Shown: in pieces, positions 27,331-38,600 of the stretch | Numbering within the stretch: the first letter of the stretch is position 1 | Layout: each line of letters begins with the position of its first letter | Source of the DNA: Eledone cirrhosa | Lineage: Eukaryota | Assembly: GCA_964016885.1 (NCBI GenBank) | Contig: OZ024742.1 | Span: 30,690,001 to 30,754,000, forward strand | Direction of reading: 5' to 3' | Length of the DNA: 64,000 bases | Position numbers and translations under genes: made by a program | The notes under the pieces: model-generated | Told to the model about the DNA's origin: nothing | Databases searched by the model: none | What the model saw: only the letters and a program-made list of their open reading frames with translations

Positions 27331-30300
27331 TAGTCTCTCTCAGTCCTAAGTTGGTGTGGTCTCTCTCTCAGTCCTAACTTGGTGTGGTCTCTCTCAGTCC
27401 TAACTTGGTGTAGTCTCTCTCAGTCCTAAGTTGGTGTGGTCTCTCTCAGTCCTAACTTGTTGTGGTCTCTCTCAGCCCTAACTTGGTGTGGTCTCTCTCA
27501 GTCCTAACTTAGTGTAGTCTCTCTCAGTCCTAAGTTGGTGTGGTCTCTCTCAGTCCTAAGGTGGTGTGGTCTCTCTCAGTCCTAACTTGGTGTGGTCACT
27601 CTCAGTCCTAAGTTGGTGTGGTCTCTCTCAGTCCTAACTTGGTGTGGTCTCTCTCAGTCCTTACTTGGTGTAGTCACTCTCAGTCCTAACTTGGTGTAGT
27701 CTCTCTCAGTCCTAAGTTGGTGTGGTCTATCTCAGTCCTAAGTTGGTGTGGTCTCTCTCAGTCCTAAGTTGGTGTGGTCTCTCTCAGTCCTAACTTGGTG
27801 TAGTCTCTCTCAGTCCTAAGTTGGTGTCGTCTCTCTCAGTCCTAACTAGGTGTAGTCTCTCTCAGTCCTAAGTTGGTGTGGTCTCTCTCAGTCCGAAGTT
27901 GGTGTGGTCTCTCTCAGTCCGAACTTGGTGTGGTCTCTCTCAGTCCTAACTTGTTGTGGTCTCTCTCAGTCCTAAGTTCGTGCTGTCTCTCTCTCAGTCC
28001 TAACTTGGTGTGGTCTCTCTCAGTCCTAACTTGGTGTAGTCTCTCTCAGTCCTAACATGGTGTAGTTCTCTCAGTCTTAACGTGGTGTAGTCTCTCTCAG
28101 TCCATACTTGGTGTAGTCTCTATCAGTCCTAACTTGGTGTGGTCTCCCTCAGTCCTAACTTGGTGTGGTCTCTCTCAGTCCTAACTTGGTGTGGTCTCTC
28201 TCAGCCCTAACTTGGTGTGGTCTCTCTCAGTCCTAATTTAGTGTAGTCTCTCTCAGTCCTAAGTTGGTGTAGTCTCTCTCAGTCCTAAGTTGGTGTGGTC
28301 TCTCTCAGTCCTAACTTGGTGTGGTCTCTCTCAGTCCTAACTTGGTGTAGTCTCTCTCAGTCCTAAGTTGGTGTGGTCTCTCTCAGTCCTAACTTGTTGT
28401 GGTCTCTCTCAGCCCTAACTTGGTGTGGTCTCTCTCAGTCGTAACTTAGTGTAGTCTCTCTCAGTCCTAAGTTGGTGTGGTCCCTCTCAGTCCTAAGGTG
28501 GTGTGGTCTCTCTCAGTCCTAACTTGGTGTGGTCACTCTCAGTCCTAAGTTGGTGTGGTCTCTCTCAGTCCTTACTTGGTGTAGTCACTCTCAGTCCTAA
28601 CTTGGTGTAGTCTCTCTCATTCCTAACTTGGTGTAGTCTCTTTCAGTCCTAAGTTGGTGTGTTCTCTCTCAGTCCTAACTTGGTGTAGTCTCTCTCAGTC
28701 GTAACTTGGTGTGGTCTCTCTAAGTTTTAACTTGGTGAAGTCTCTCTCAGTCCTAACATGGTGTAGTCTCTCTCAGTCGTAACTTGGTGTAGTCTCTCTC
28801 AGTCGTAACTTCGTGTAGTCTCTCTCAGTCCTAAGTTGGTGTGGTCTCTCTCAGTCCTAAGTTGGTGTGGTCTCTCTCAACCCTAACTTGGTGTAGTCTC
28901 TCTCAGTCCTAACTTGTTGTGGTCTCTCTCAGTCCTAACTTGGTGTGGTCTCTCTCAGTCCTAACTTGTTGTGGTCTCTCTCTCCGTCCTAAGTTCGTGC
29001 TGTCTCTCTCTCAGTCCTCACTTGGTGTGGTCTCTCTCAGTCCTAACTTGGTGTAGTCTCTGTCAGTCCTAACATGGTGTAGTCTCTCTCAGTCTTAACT
29101 TGGTGTAGTCTCTCTCAGTCCATACTTGGTGTAGTCTCTATCAGTCCTAACTTGGTGTGGTCTCCCTCAGTCCTAAGTTGGTGTGGTCTCTCTCAGTCCT
29201 AACTTGGTGTGGTCTCTCTCAGTCCTAACTTGGTGTGGTCTCTCTCAGTCCTAACTTGTTGTGGTCTCTCTCAGCCCTAACTTGGTGTGGTCTCTCTCAG
29301 TCCTAACTTAGTGTAGTCTCTCTCAGTCCTAAGTTGGTGTGGTCTCTCTCAGTCCTTACTTGGTGTAGTCTCTCTCAGTCCCTACTTGGTGTGGTCTCCC
29401 TCAGTCCTAAGTTGGTGTGGTCTCTCTCAGTCCTAAGTTGGTGGGGTCTATCTCACTCCTAAGTTGGTGTGGTCTCTCTCAGTCCTAAGTTGGTGTGGTC
29501 CCTCTCATTCCTAACTTGGTGTGGTCTCTCTCAGCCCTAACTTGGTGTGGTCTCTCTCAGTCCTAATTTAGTGTAGTCTCTCTCAGTCCTAAGTTGGTGT
29601 AGTCTCTCTCAGTCCTAAGTTGGTGTGGTCTCTCTCAGTCCTAACTTGGTGTGGTCTCTCTCAGTCCTAACTTGGTGTCGTCTCTCTCAGTCCTAAGTTG
29701 GTGTGGTCTCTCTCAGTCCTAACTTGTTGTGGTCTCTCTCAGCCCTAACTTGGTGTGGTCTCTCTCAGTCGTAACTTAGTGTAGTCTCTCTCAGTCCTAA
29801 GTTGGTGTGGTCCCTCTCAGTCCTAAGGTGGTGTGGTCTCTCTCAGTCCTAACTTGGTGTGGTCACTCTCAGTCCTAAGTTGGTGTGGTCTCTCTCAGTC
29901 CTTACTTGGTGTAGTCACTCTCAGTCCTAACTTGGTGTAGTCTCTCTCAGTCCTAAGTTGGTGTGGTCTATCTCAGTCCTAAGTTGGTGTGGTCTCTCTC
30001 AGTCCTAAGCTGGTGTGGTCTCTCTCAGCCCTAACTTGGTGTAGTCTCTCTCAGTCCTAAGTTGGTGTGGTCTCTCTCAGTCCTAACTTGGTTTAGTCTC
30101 TCTCAGTCCTAAGTTGGTGTCGTCTCTCTCACTCCTAAGTTGGTGTGGTCTCTCTCAGTCCTAGGTTGGTGTGGTCTCTCTCAGTCCTAAGTTGGTGCAG
30201 TATCTCTCAGTCCGAACTTGGTGTGGTCTCTCTCAGTCCTAACTTGTTGTGGTCTCTCTCAGTCCTAAGTTCGTGCTGTCTCTCTCTCAGTCCTAACTTG

Positions 30301-33300
30301 GTGTGGTCTCTCTCAGTCCTAACTTTGTGTGGTCTCTCTCAGTCCTAACTTGGTGTGGTCTCTCTCAGCCCTAACTTGCTGTGGTCTCTCTCAGTCCTAA
30401 TTTAGTGTAGTCTCTCTCAGTCCTAAGTTGGTGTAGTCTCTCTCAGTCCTAAGTTGGTGTGGTCTCTCTCTCAGTCCTAACTTGGTGTGGTCTCTCTCAG
30501 TCCTAACTTGGTGTAGTCTCTCTCAGTCCTAAGTTGGTGTGGTCTCTCTCAGTCCTAACTTGTTGTGGTCTCTCTCAGCCCTAACTTGGTGTGGTCTCTC
30601 TCAGTCCTAACTTAGTGTAGTCTCTCTCAGTCCTAAGTTGGTGTGGTCTCTCTCAGTCCTAAGGTGGTGTGGTCTCTCTCAGTCCTAACTTGGTGTGGTC
30701 ACTCTCAGTCCTAAGTTGGTGTGGTCTCTCTCAGTCCTAACTTGGTGTGGTCTCTCTCAGTCCTTACTTGGTGTAGTCACTCTCAGTCCTAACTTGGTGT
30801 AGTCTCTCTCAGTCCTAAGTTGGTGTGGTCTATCTCAGTCCTAAGTTGGTGTGGTCTCTCTCAGTCCTAAGTTGGTGTGGTCTCTCTCAGTCCTAACTTG
30901 GTGTAGTCTCTCTCAGTCCTAAGTTGGTGTCGTCTCTCTCAGTCCTAACTAGGTGTAGTCTCTCTCAGTCCTAAGTTGGTGTGGTCTCTCTCAGTCCGAA
31001 GTTGGTGTGGTCTCTCTCAGTCCGAACTTGGTGTGGTCTCTCTCAGTCCTAACTTGTTGTGGTCTCTCTCAGTCCTAAGTTCGTGCTGTCTCTCTCTCAG
31101 TCCTAACTTGGTGTGGTCTCTCTCAGTCCTAACTTGGTGTAGTCTCTCTCAGTCCTAACATGGTGTAGTTCTCTCAGTCTTAACGTGGTGTAGTCTCTCT
31201 CAGTCCATACTTGGTGTAGTCTCTATCAGTCCTAACTTGGTGTGGTCTCCCTCAGTCCTAACTTGGTGTGGTCTCTCTCAGTCCTAACTTGGTGTGGTCT
31301 CTCTCAGTCCTAACTTGGTGTGGTCTCTCTCAGTCCTTACTTGGTTTAGTAACTCTCAGTCCTAAGTTGGTGTGGTCTCTCTCAGTCCTTACTTGGTGTA
31401 GTCTCCCTCAGTCTTAACTTGGTGTGGTCTCCCTCAGTCCTAAGTTGGTGTGGTCTCTCTCACTCCTAAGTTGGTGTGGTCTATCTCAGCCCTAACTTAG
31501 TGTAGTCTCTCTCAGTCCTAAGTTGGCGTGGTCTCTCTCAGTCCTTACTTGGTGTAGTCTCTCTCAGTCCCTACTTGGTGTGGTCTCCCTCAGTCCTAAG
31601 TTGGTGTGGTCTCTCTCAGTCCTAAGTTGGTGGGGTCTATCTCACTCCTAAGTTGGTGTGGTCTCTCTCAGTCCTAAGTTGGTGTGGTCCCTCTCATTCC
31701 TAACTTGGTGTGGTCTCTCTCAGCCCTAACTTGGTGTGGTCTCTCTCAGTCCTAATTTAGTGTAGTCTCTCTCAGTCCTAAGTTGGTGTAGTCTCTCTCA
31801 GTCCTAAGTTGGTGTGGTCTCTCTCAGTCCTAACTTGGTGTGGTCTCTCTCAGTCCTAACTTGGTGTAGTCTCTCTCAGTCCTAAGTTGGTGTGGTCTCT
31901 CTCAGTCCTAACTTGTTGTGGTCTCTCTCAGCCCTAACTTGGTGTGGTCTCTCTCAGTCGTAACTTAGTGTAGTCTCTCTCAGTCCTAAGTTGGTGTGGT
32001 CCCTCTCAGTCCTAAGGTGGTGTGGTCTCTCTCAGTCCTAACTTGGTGTGGTCACTCTCAGTCCTAAGTTGGTGTGGTCTCTCTCAGTCCTTACTTGGTG
32101 TAGTCACTCTCAGTCCTAACTTGGTGTAGTCTCTCTCAGTCCTAAGTTGGTGTGGTCTATCTCAGTCCTAAGTTGGTGTGGTCTCTCTCAGTCCTAAGTT
32201 GGTGTGGTCTCTCTCAGACCTAACTTGGTGTAGTCTCTCTCAGTCCTAAGTTGGCGTGGTCTCTCTCAGTCCTAACTTGGTTTAGTCTCTCTCAGTCCTA
32301 AGTTGGTGTCGTCTCTCTCACTCCTAAGTTGGTGTGGTCTCTCTCAGTCCTAGGTTGGTGTGGTCTCTCTCAGTCCTAAGTTGGTGCAGTATCTCTCAGT
32401 CCGAACTTGGTGTGGTCTCTCTCAGTCCTAACTTGTTGTGGTCTCTCTCAGTCCTAAGTTCGTGCTGTCTCTCTCTCAGTCCTAACTTGGTGTGGTCTCT
32501 CTCAGTCCTAACTTTGTGTGGTCTCTCTCAGTCCTAACTTGGTGTGGTCTCTCTCAGCCCTAACTTGGTGTGGTCTCTCTCAGTCCTAATTTAGTGTAGT
32601 CTCTCTCAGTCCTAAGTTGGTGTAGTCTCTCTCAGTCCTAAGTTGGTTTGGTCTCTCTCTCAGTCCTAACTTGGTGTGGTCTCTCTCAGTCCTAACTTGG
32701 TGTAGTCTCTCTCAGTCCTAAGTTGGTGTGGTCTCTCTCAGTCCTAACTTGTTGTGGTCTCTCTCAGCCCTAACTTGGTGTGGTCTCTCTCAGTCTTAAC
32801 TTAGTGTAGTCTCTCTCAGTCCTAAGTTGGTGTGGTCTCTCTCAGTCCTAAGGTGGTGTGGTCTCTCTCAGTCCTAACTTGGTGTGGTCACTCTCAGTCC
32901 TAAGTTGGTGTGGTCTCTCTCAGTCCTAACTTGGTGTGGTCTCTCTCAGTCCTTACTTGGTGTAGTCACTCTCAGTCCTAACTTGGTGTAGTCTCTCTCA
33001 GTCCTAAGTTGGTGTGGTCTATCTCAGTCCTAAGTTGGTGTGGTCTCTCTCAGTCCTAAGTTGGTGTGGTCTCTCTCAGTCCTAACTTGGTGTAGTCTCT
33101 CTCAGTCCTAAGTTGGTGTGGTCTCTCTCAGTCCTAACTAGGTGTAGTCTCTCTCAGTCCTAAGTTGGTGTGGTCTCTCTCAGTCCGAAGTTGGTGTGGT
33201 CTCTCTCAGTCCGAACTTGGTGTAGTCTCTCTCAGTCCTAACTTGTTGTGGTCTCTCTCAGTCCTAAGTTCGTGCTGTCTCTCTCTCAGTCCTAACTTGG

Positions 33301-33670
33301 TGTGGTCTCTCTCAGTCCTAACTTGGTGTAGTCTCTCTCAGTCCTAACATGGTGTAGTTCTCTCAGTCTTAACGTGGTGTAGTCTCTCTCAGTCCATACT
33401 TGGTGTAGTCTCTATCAGTCCTAACTTGGTGTGGTCTCCCTCAGTCCTAACTTGGTGTGGTCTCTCTCAGTCCTAACTTGGTGTGGTCTCTCTCAGTCCT
33501 AACTTGGTGTGGTCTCTCTCAGTCCTTACTTGGTTTAGTAACTCTCAGTCCTAAGTTGGTGTGGTCTCTCTCAGTCCTTACTTGGTGTAGTCTCCCTCAG
33601 TCTTAACTTGGTGTGGTCTCCCTCAGTCCTAAGTTGGTGTGGTCTCTCTCACTCCTAAGTTGGTGTGGTC
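25500..33670 (+). repeat. Nested serial duplications with offsets of about 3,103 and 2,189 bp
   Basis: GGGGTCTATC at 26340, 29443 and 31632. Identical pseudo-ORF pairs at 27042/30145/32334 and 27873/30976/33165. TAAGTTTTAA at 25620/28721. Confidence 0.85.
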
Positions 33671-35699
33671 TATCTCACTCCTAAGTTGGTGTGGTCTCTC
33701 TCAGTCCTAAGTTGGTGTGGTCTCTCTCATTCCTAACTTGGTGTGGTCTCTTTCAGTCCTAAGTTGGTGTGTTCTCTCTCAGTCCTAACTTGGTGTGGTC
33801 TCTCTCATTCCTTACTTGGTGTAGTCTCTCTCAGTCCTAACTTGGTGTAGTCTCTGTCAGTCCTAAGTTCGTGTGGTCTCCCTCAGTCCTAAGTTGGTGT
33901 GGTCTCTCTCAGTCCTAAGTTGGTGTGGTCTATCTCAGTCCTAAGTTGGTGTGATCTCTCTCAGTCCTAACTAGTGTGGTCTCTCTCAGTTCTAACTTGG
34001 TGTAGTCTCTCTCAGTCCTAAGTTGGTCTGGTCTCTCTCAGTCCTAACTTGGTGTGGTCTCTCTCAGCCCTAACTTGGTGTGGTCTCTCTCAGTCCTAAC
34101 TTAGTGTAGTCTCTCTCAGTCCTAAGTTGGTGTGGTCACTCTCAGTCCTAAGTTGGTGTAGTCTCTCTCAGTCCGAACTTGGTGTGGTCTCTCTCAGTCC
34201 TAAGTTGGTATGGTCTCTCTCATTCCTAACTTGGTGTAGTCTCTTTCAGTCCTAAGTTGGTGTGTTCTCTCTCAGTCCTAACTTGGTGTGGTCTCTCTCA
34301 TTCCTTACTTGGTGTAGTCTCTCTCAGTCCTAACTTGGTGTAGTCTCTCTCAGTCCTAAGTTGGTGTGGTGTCTCTCAGTCCTAACTTGGTGTAGTCTCT
34401 CTCAGTCCTAAGTTGGTGTCATCTCTCTCAGGCCTAACTAGGTGTAGTCTCTCTCAGTCCTAAGTTGGTGTGGTCTCTCTCAGTCCTAAGTTGGTGTGGT
34501 CTCCCTCAGTCCTAAGTTGGTGTGTTCTCTCTCAGTCCTAACTTGGTGTGGTCTCTCTAATTCCTTACTTTGTGTAGTCTCTCTCAGTCCGAACTTGGTG
34601 TGGTCTCTCTCAGTCCTAACTTGTTGTGGTCTCTCTCAGTCCTAAGTTTGTGCTGTCTCTCTCTCAGTCCTAACTTGGTGTGGTCTCTCTCAGTCCTTAC
34701 TTGGTGTAGTCTCTCTACGTCCTAACTTGGTGTGGTCTCTCTCAGTCCTAACTTGGTGTGGTCTCTCTCAGCCCTAACTTGGTGTAGTCTCACTCAGTCC
34801 TAAGTTGGTGTGGTCTCTCTCAGTCCTAACTTGGTGTAGTCTCTCTCAGTCGTAACTTGGTGTGGTCTCTCTAAGTCCTAACTTGGTGAAGTCTCTCTCA
34901 GTCCTAACATGGTGTGGTCTCTCTCAGTCCTAACTTGGTGTAGTCTCTCTCAGTCCTTACTTGGTGTGGTCTCTCTCACTCCTAACTTGGTGTGGTCTCT
35001 CTCAATCCTTACTTGGTGTAGTCACTCTCTGTCCTAACTTGGTATAGTCTCTCTGAGTCGTAACTTGGTGTAGTCTCTCTCAGTCGTAACTTCGTGTAGT
35101 CTCTCTCAGTCCTAAGTTGGTGTGGTCTCTCTCAGTCCTAAGTTGGTGTGGTCTCTCTCAGTCCGAATTTGGTGTGGTCTCTCTCAACCCTAACTTGGTG
35201 TAGTCTCTCTCAGTCCTAACTTGTTGTGGTCTCTCTCCGTCCTAACTTGGTGTAGTCTCTCTCAGTGCTAACTTGGTGTGGTCTCTCTCAGTCCTAACTT
35301 GGTGTAGTCTCTCTCAGTGCTAAGTTGGTGTGGTCTCTCTCAGTCCTAACTTGGTGTGGTCTCTCTCTCAGTAGTAACGTACTGTAGTCTCTCTCAGTCC
35401 TAAGTTGGTGTGCTCTCTCTCAGTCCTAACTTGGTGTAGTCTCTCTCAGTCCTAAGTTGGTGTGGTCTCTCTCAGTCCTAACTTGGTGTGGTCTCTCTCA
35501 GTCCTAACTTAGTGTAGTCTATCTCAGTCCTAAGTTGGTGTGGTCTCTCTCAGTCCTAACTTGGTTTAGTCTCTCTCAGTCCTAAGTTGGTGTCGTCTCT
35601 CTCAGTCCTAACTAGATGTAGTCTCTCTCAGTCCTAAGTTGGTGTGGTCTCTCTCAGTCCTAACTTGGTTTAGTCTCTCTCAGTCCTAAGTTGGTGTCG

Positions 35700-38600
35700 T
35701 CTCTCTCAGTCCTAACTAGATGTAGTCTCTCTCAGTCCTAAATTGGTGTGGTCTCTCTCAGTCCTAAGTTGGTGTAGCCTCTCTCAGTCCGAACTTGGTG
35801 TCGTCTCTCTCAGTCCTAACTTGTTGTGGTCTCTCTCAGTCCTAAGTTTGTGCTGTCTCTCTCTCAGTCCTAACTTGGTGTGGTCTCTCTCAGTCCTAAC
35901 TTGGTGTAGTCTCTCTACGTCCTAACTTGGTGTGGTCTCTCTCACTCCTAACTTGGTGTGGTCTCTCTCAGCCCTAACTTGGTGTAGTCTCACTCAGTCC
36001 TAAGTTGGTGTGGTCTCTCTCAGTCCTAAGTTGGTGTGGTCTCTCTCACTCCTAACTTGGTGTGGTCTCTCTCAATCCTTACTTGGTGTAGTCACTCTCA
36101 GTCCTAACTTGGTATAGTCTCTCTCAGTCGTAACTTCGTGTAGTCTCTCCCAGTGCTAAGTTGGTGTGGTCTCTCTCAGTCCTAAGTTGGTGTGGTCTCT
36201 CTCAGTCCTAAGTTGGTGTGGTCTCTCTCAACCCTAACTTGGTGTAGTCTCTCTCAGTCCTAACTTGTTGTGGTCTCTCTCCGTCCTAACTTGGTGTAGT
36301 CTCTCTCAGTCCTAACTTGGTGTGGTCTCTCTCAGTCCTAACTTGGTGTAGTCTCTCTCAGTCCTAAGTTGGTGTGGTCTCTCTCAGTCCTAACTTGGTG
36401 TGGTCTCTCTCAGTCCTAACGTAGTGTAGTCTATCTCAGTCCTAAGTTGGTGTGGTCTCTCTCAGTCCTTAGTTGGTGTGGTCTCTCTCAGTCCTAACTT
36501 GGTTTAGTCTCTCTCAGTCCTAAGTTGGTGTCGTCTCTCTCAGTCGTAACTTCGTGTAGTCTCTCTCAGTCCTAAGTTGGTGTGGTCTCTCTCAGTCCTA
36601 AGTTGGTGTGGTCTCTCTCAGTCCTAAGTTGGTGTGGTCTCTCTCAACCCTAACTTGGTGTAGTCTCTCTCAGTCCTAACTTGTTGTGGTCTCTCTCCGT
36701 CCTAACTTGGTGTAGTCTCTCTCAGTCCTAACTTGGTGTGGTCTCTCTCAGTCCTAACTTGGTGTAGTCTCTCTCAGTCCTAAGTTGGTGTGGTCTCTCT
36801 CAGTCCTAACTTGGTGTGGTCTCTCTCAGTCCTAACGTAGTGTAGTCTCTCTCAGTCCTAAGTTGGTGTGCTCTTTCTCAGTCCTAACTTGGTGTAGTCT
36901 CTCTCAGTCCTAAGTTGGTGTGGTCTCTCTCAGTCCGAACTTGGTATGGTCTCTCTCAGTCCTAACTTGTTGTGGTCTCTCTCAGTCCTAAGTTCGTGCT
37001 GTCTCTCTCTCAGTCCTAACTTGGTGTGGTCTCTCTCAGTCCTAACTTTGTGTGGTCTCTCTCAGTCCTAACTTGGTGTGGTCTCTCTCAGTCCTAACAT
37101 GGTGTAGTCTCTCTCAGTCTTAACTTGGTGTAGTCTCTCTCAGTACTTACTTGGTGTAGTCTCTATCAGTCCTAACTTGGTGTGGTCTCCCTCAGTCCTA
37201 AGTTGGTGTGGTCTCTCTCAGTCCTAACTTGGTGTGGTCTCTCTCAGTCCTAACTTGGTGTAGTCTCTCTCAGTCCTAAGTTGGTGTGGTCTCTCTCAGA
37301 CATAACTTGGTGTGGTCTCTCTCAGCCCTAACTTGGTGTGGTCTCTCTCAGTCCTAACTTAGTGTAGTCTCTCTCAGTCCTAAGTTGGTGTCGTCTCTCT
37401 CAGTCCTAAGTTGGTGTAGTCTCTGTCAGTCCGAACTTGGTGTGGTCTCTCTCAGTCCTAAGTTGGTGTGGTCTCTCTCATTCCTAACTTGGTGTAGTCT
37501 CTTTCAGTCCTAAGTTGGTGTGTTCTCTCTCAGTCCTAACTTGGTGTAGTCTCTCTCAGTCGTAACTTGGTGTGGTCTCTCTAAGTCCTAACTTGGTGAA
37601 GTCTCTCTCAGTCCTAACATGGTGTAGTCTCTCTCAGTCGTAACTTGGTGTAGTCTCTCTCAGTCGTAACTTCGTGTAGTCTCTCTCAGTCCTAAGTTGG
37701 TGTGGTCTCTCTCAGTCCTAAGTTGGTGTGGTCTCTCTCAACCCTAACTTGGTGTAGTCTCTCTCAGTCCTAACTTGTTGTGGTCTCTCTCCGTCCTAAC
37801 TTGGTGTAGTATCTCTCAGTCCTAAGTTGGTGTGGTCTCTCTCAGTCCTAACTTGGTGTAGTCTCTCTCAGTCCTAAGTTGGAGTGGTCTCTCTCAGTCC
37901 TAACTTGGTGTGGTCTCTCTCAGTCCTAAGTTGGTGTACTCTCTCTCAGTCTAACTTGGTGTAGTCTCTATCAGTCCTAAGTTGGTGTGGTCTCTCACAG
38001 TCCTAACTTGGTGTGGTCTCTCTCAGTCCTAACTTAGTGTAGTCTATCTCAGTCCTAAGTTGGTGTGGTCTCTCTCAGTCCTAAGTTGGTGTGGTCTCTC
38101 TCAGTCCTAACTTGGTTTAGTCTCTCTCAGTCCTAAGTTGGTGTCGTCTCTCTCAGTCCTAACTAGATGTAGTCTCTCTCAGTCCTAGGTTGGTGTGGTC
38201 TCTCTCAGTCCTAAGTTGGTGTGGTCTCTCTCAGTCCTAACTTGTTGTGGTCTCTCTCAGTCCTAAGTTTGTGCTGTCTCTCTCTCAGTCCTAACTTGGT
38301 GTGGTCTCTCTCAGTTCTAACTTGGTGTAGTCTCTCTACGTCCTAACTTGGTGTGGTCTCTCTCAGTCTTAACTTGGTGTGGTCTCTCTCAGCCCTAACT
38401 TGGTGTAGTCTCACTCAGTCCTAAGTTGGTGTGGTCTCTCTCAGTCCTAACTTGGTGAAGTCTCTCTCAGTCCTAACATGGTGTAGTCTCTCTCAGTCTT
38501 AACTTGGTGTAGTCTCTCTCAGTCCTTACTTGGTGTAGTCTCTCTCAGTCCTAACTTGGTGTGGTCTCTCTCAGTCCTAACTTGGTGTAGTCTCTCTCAG

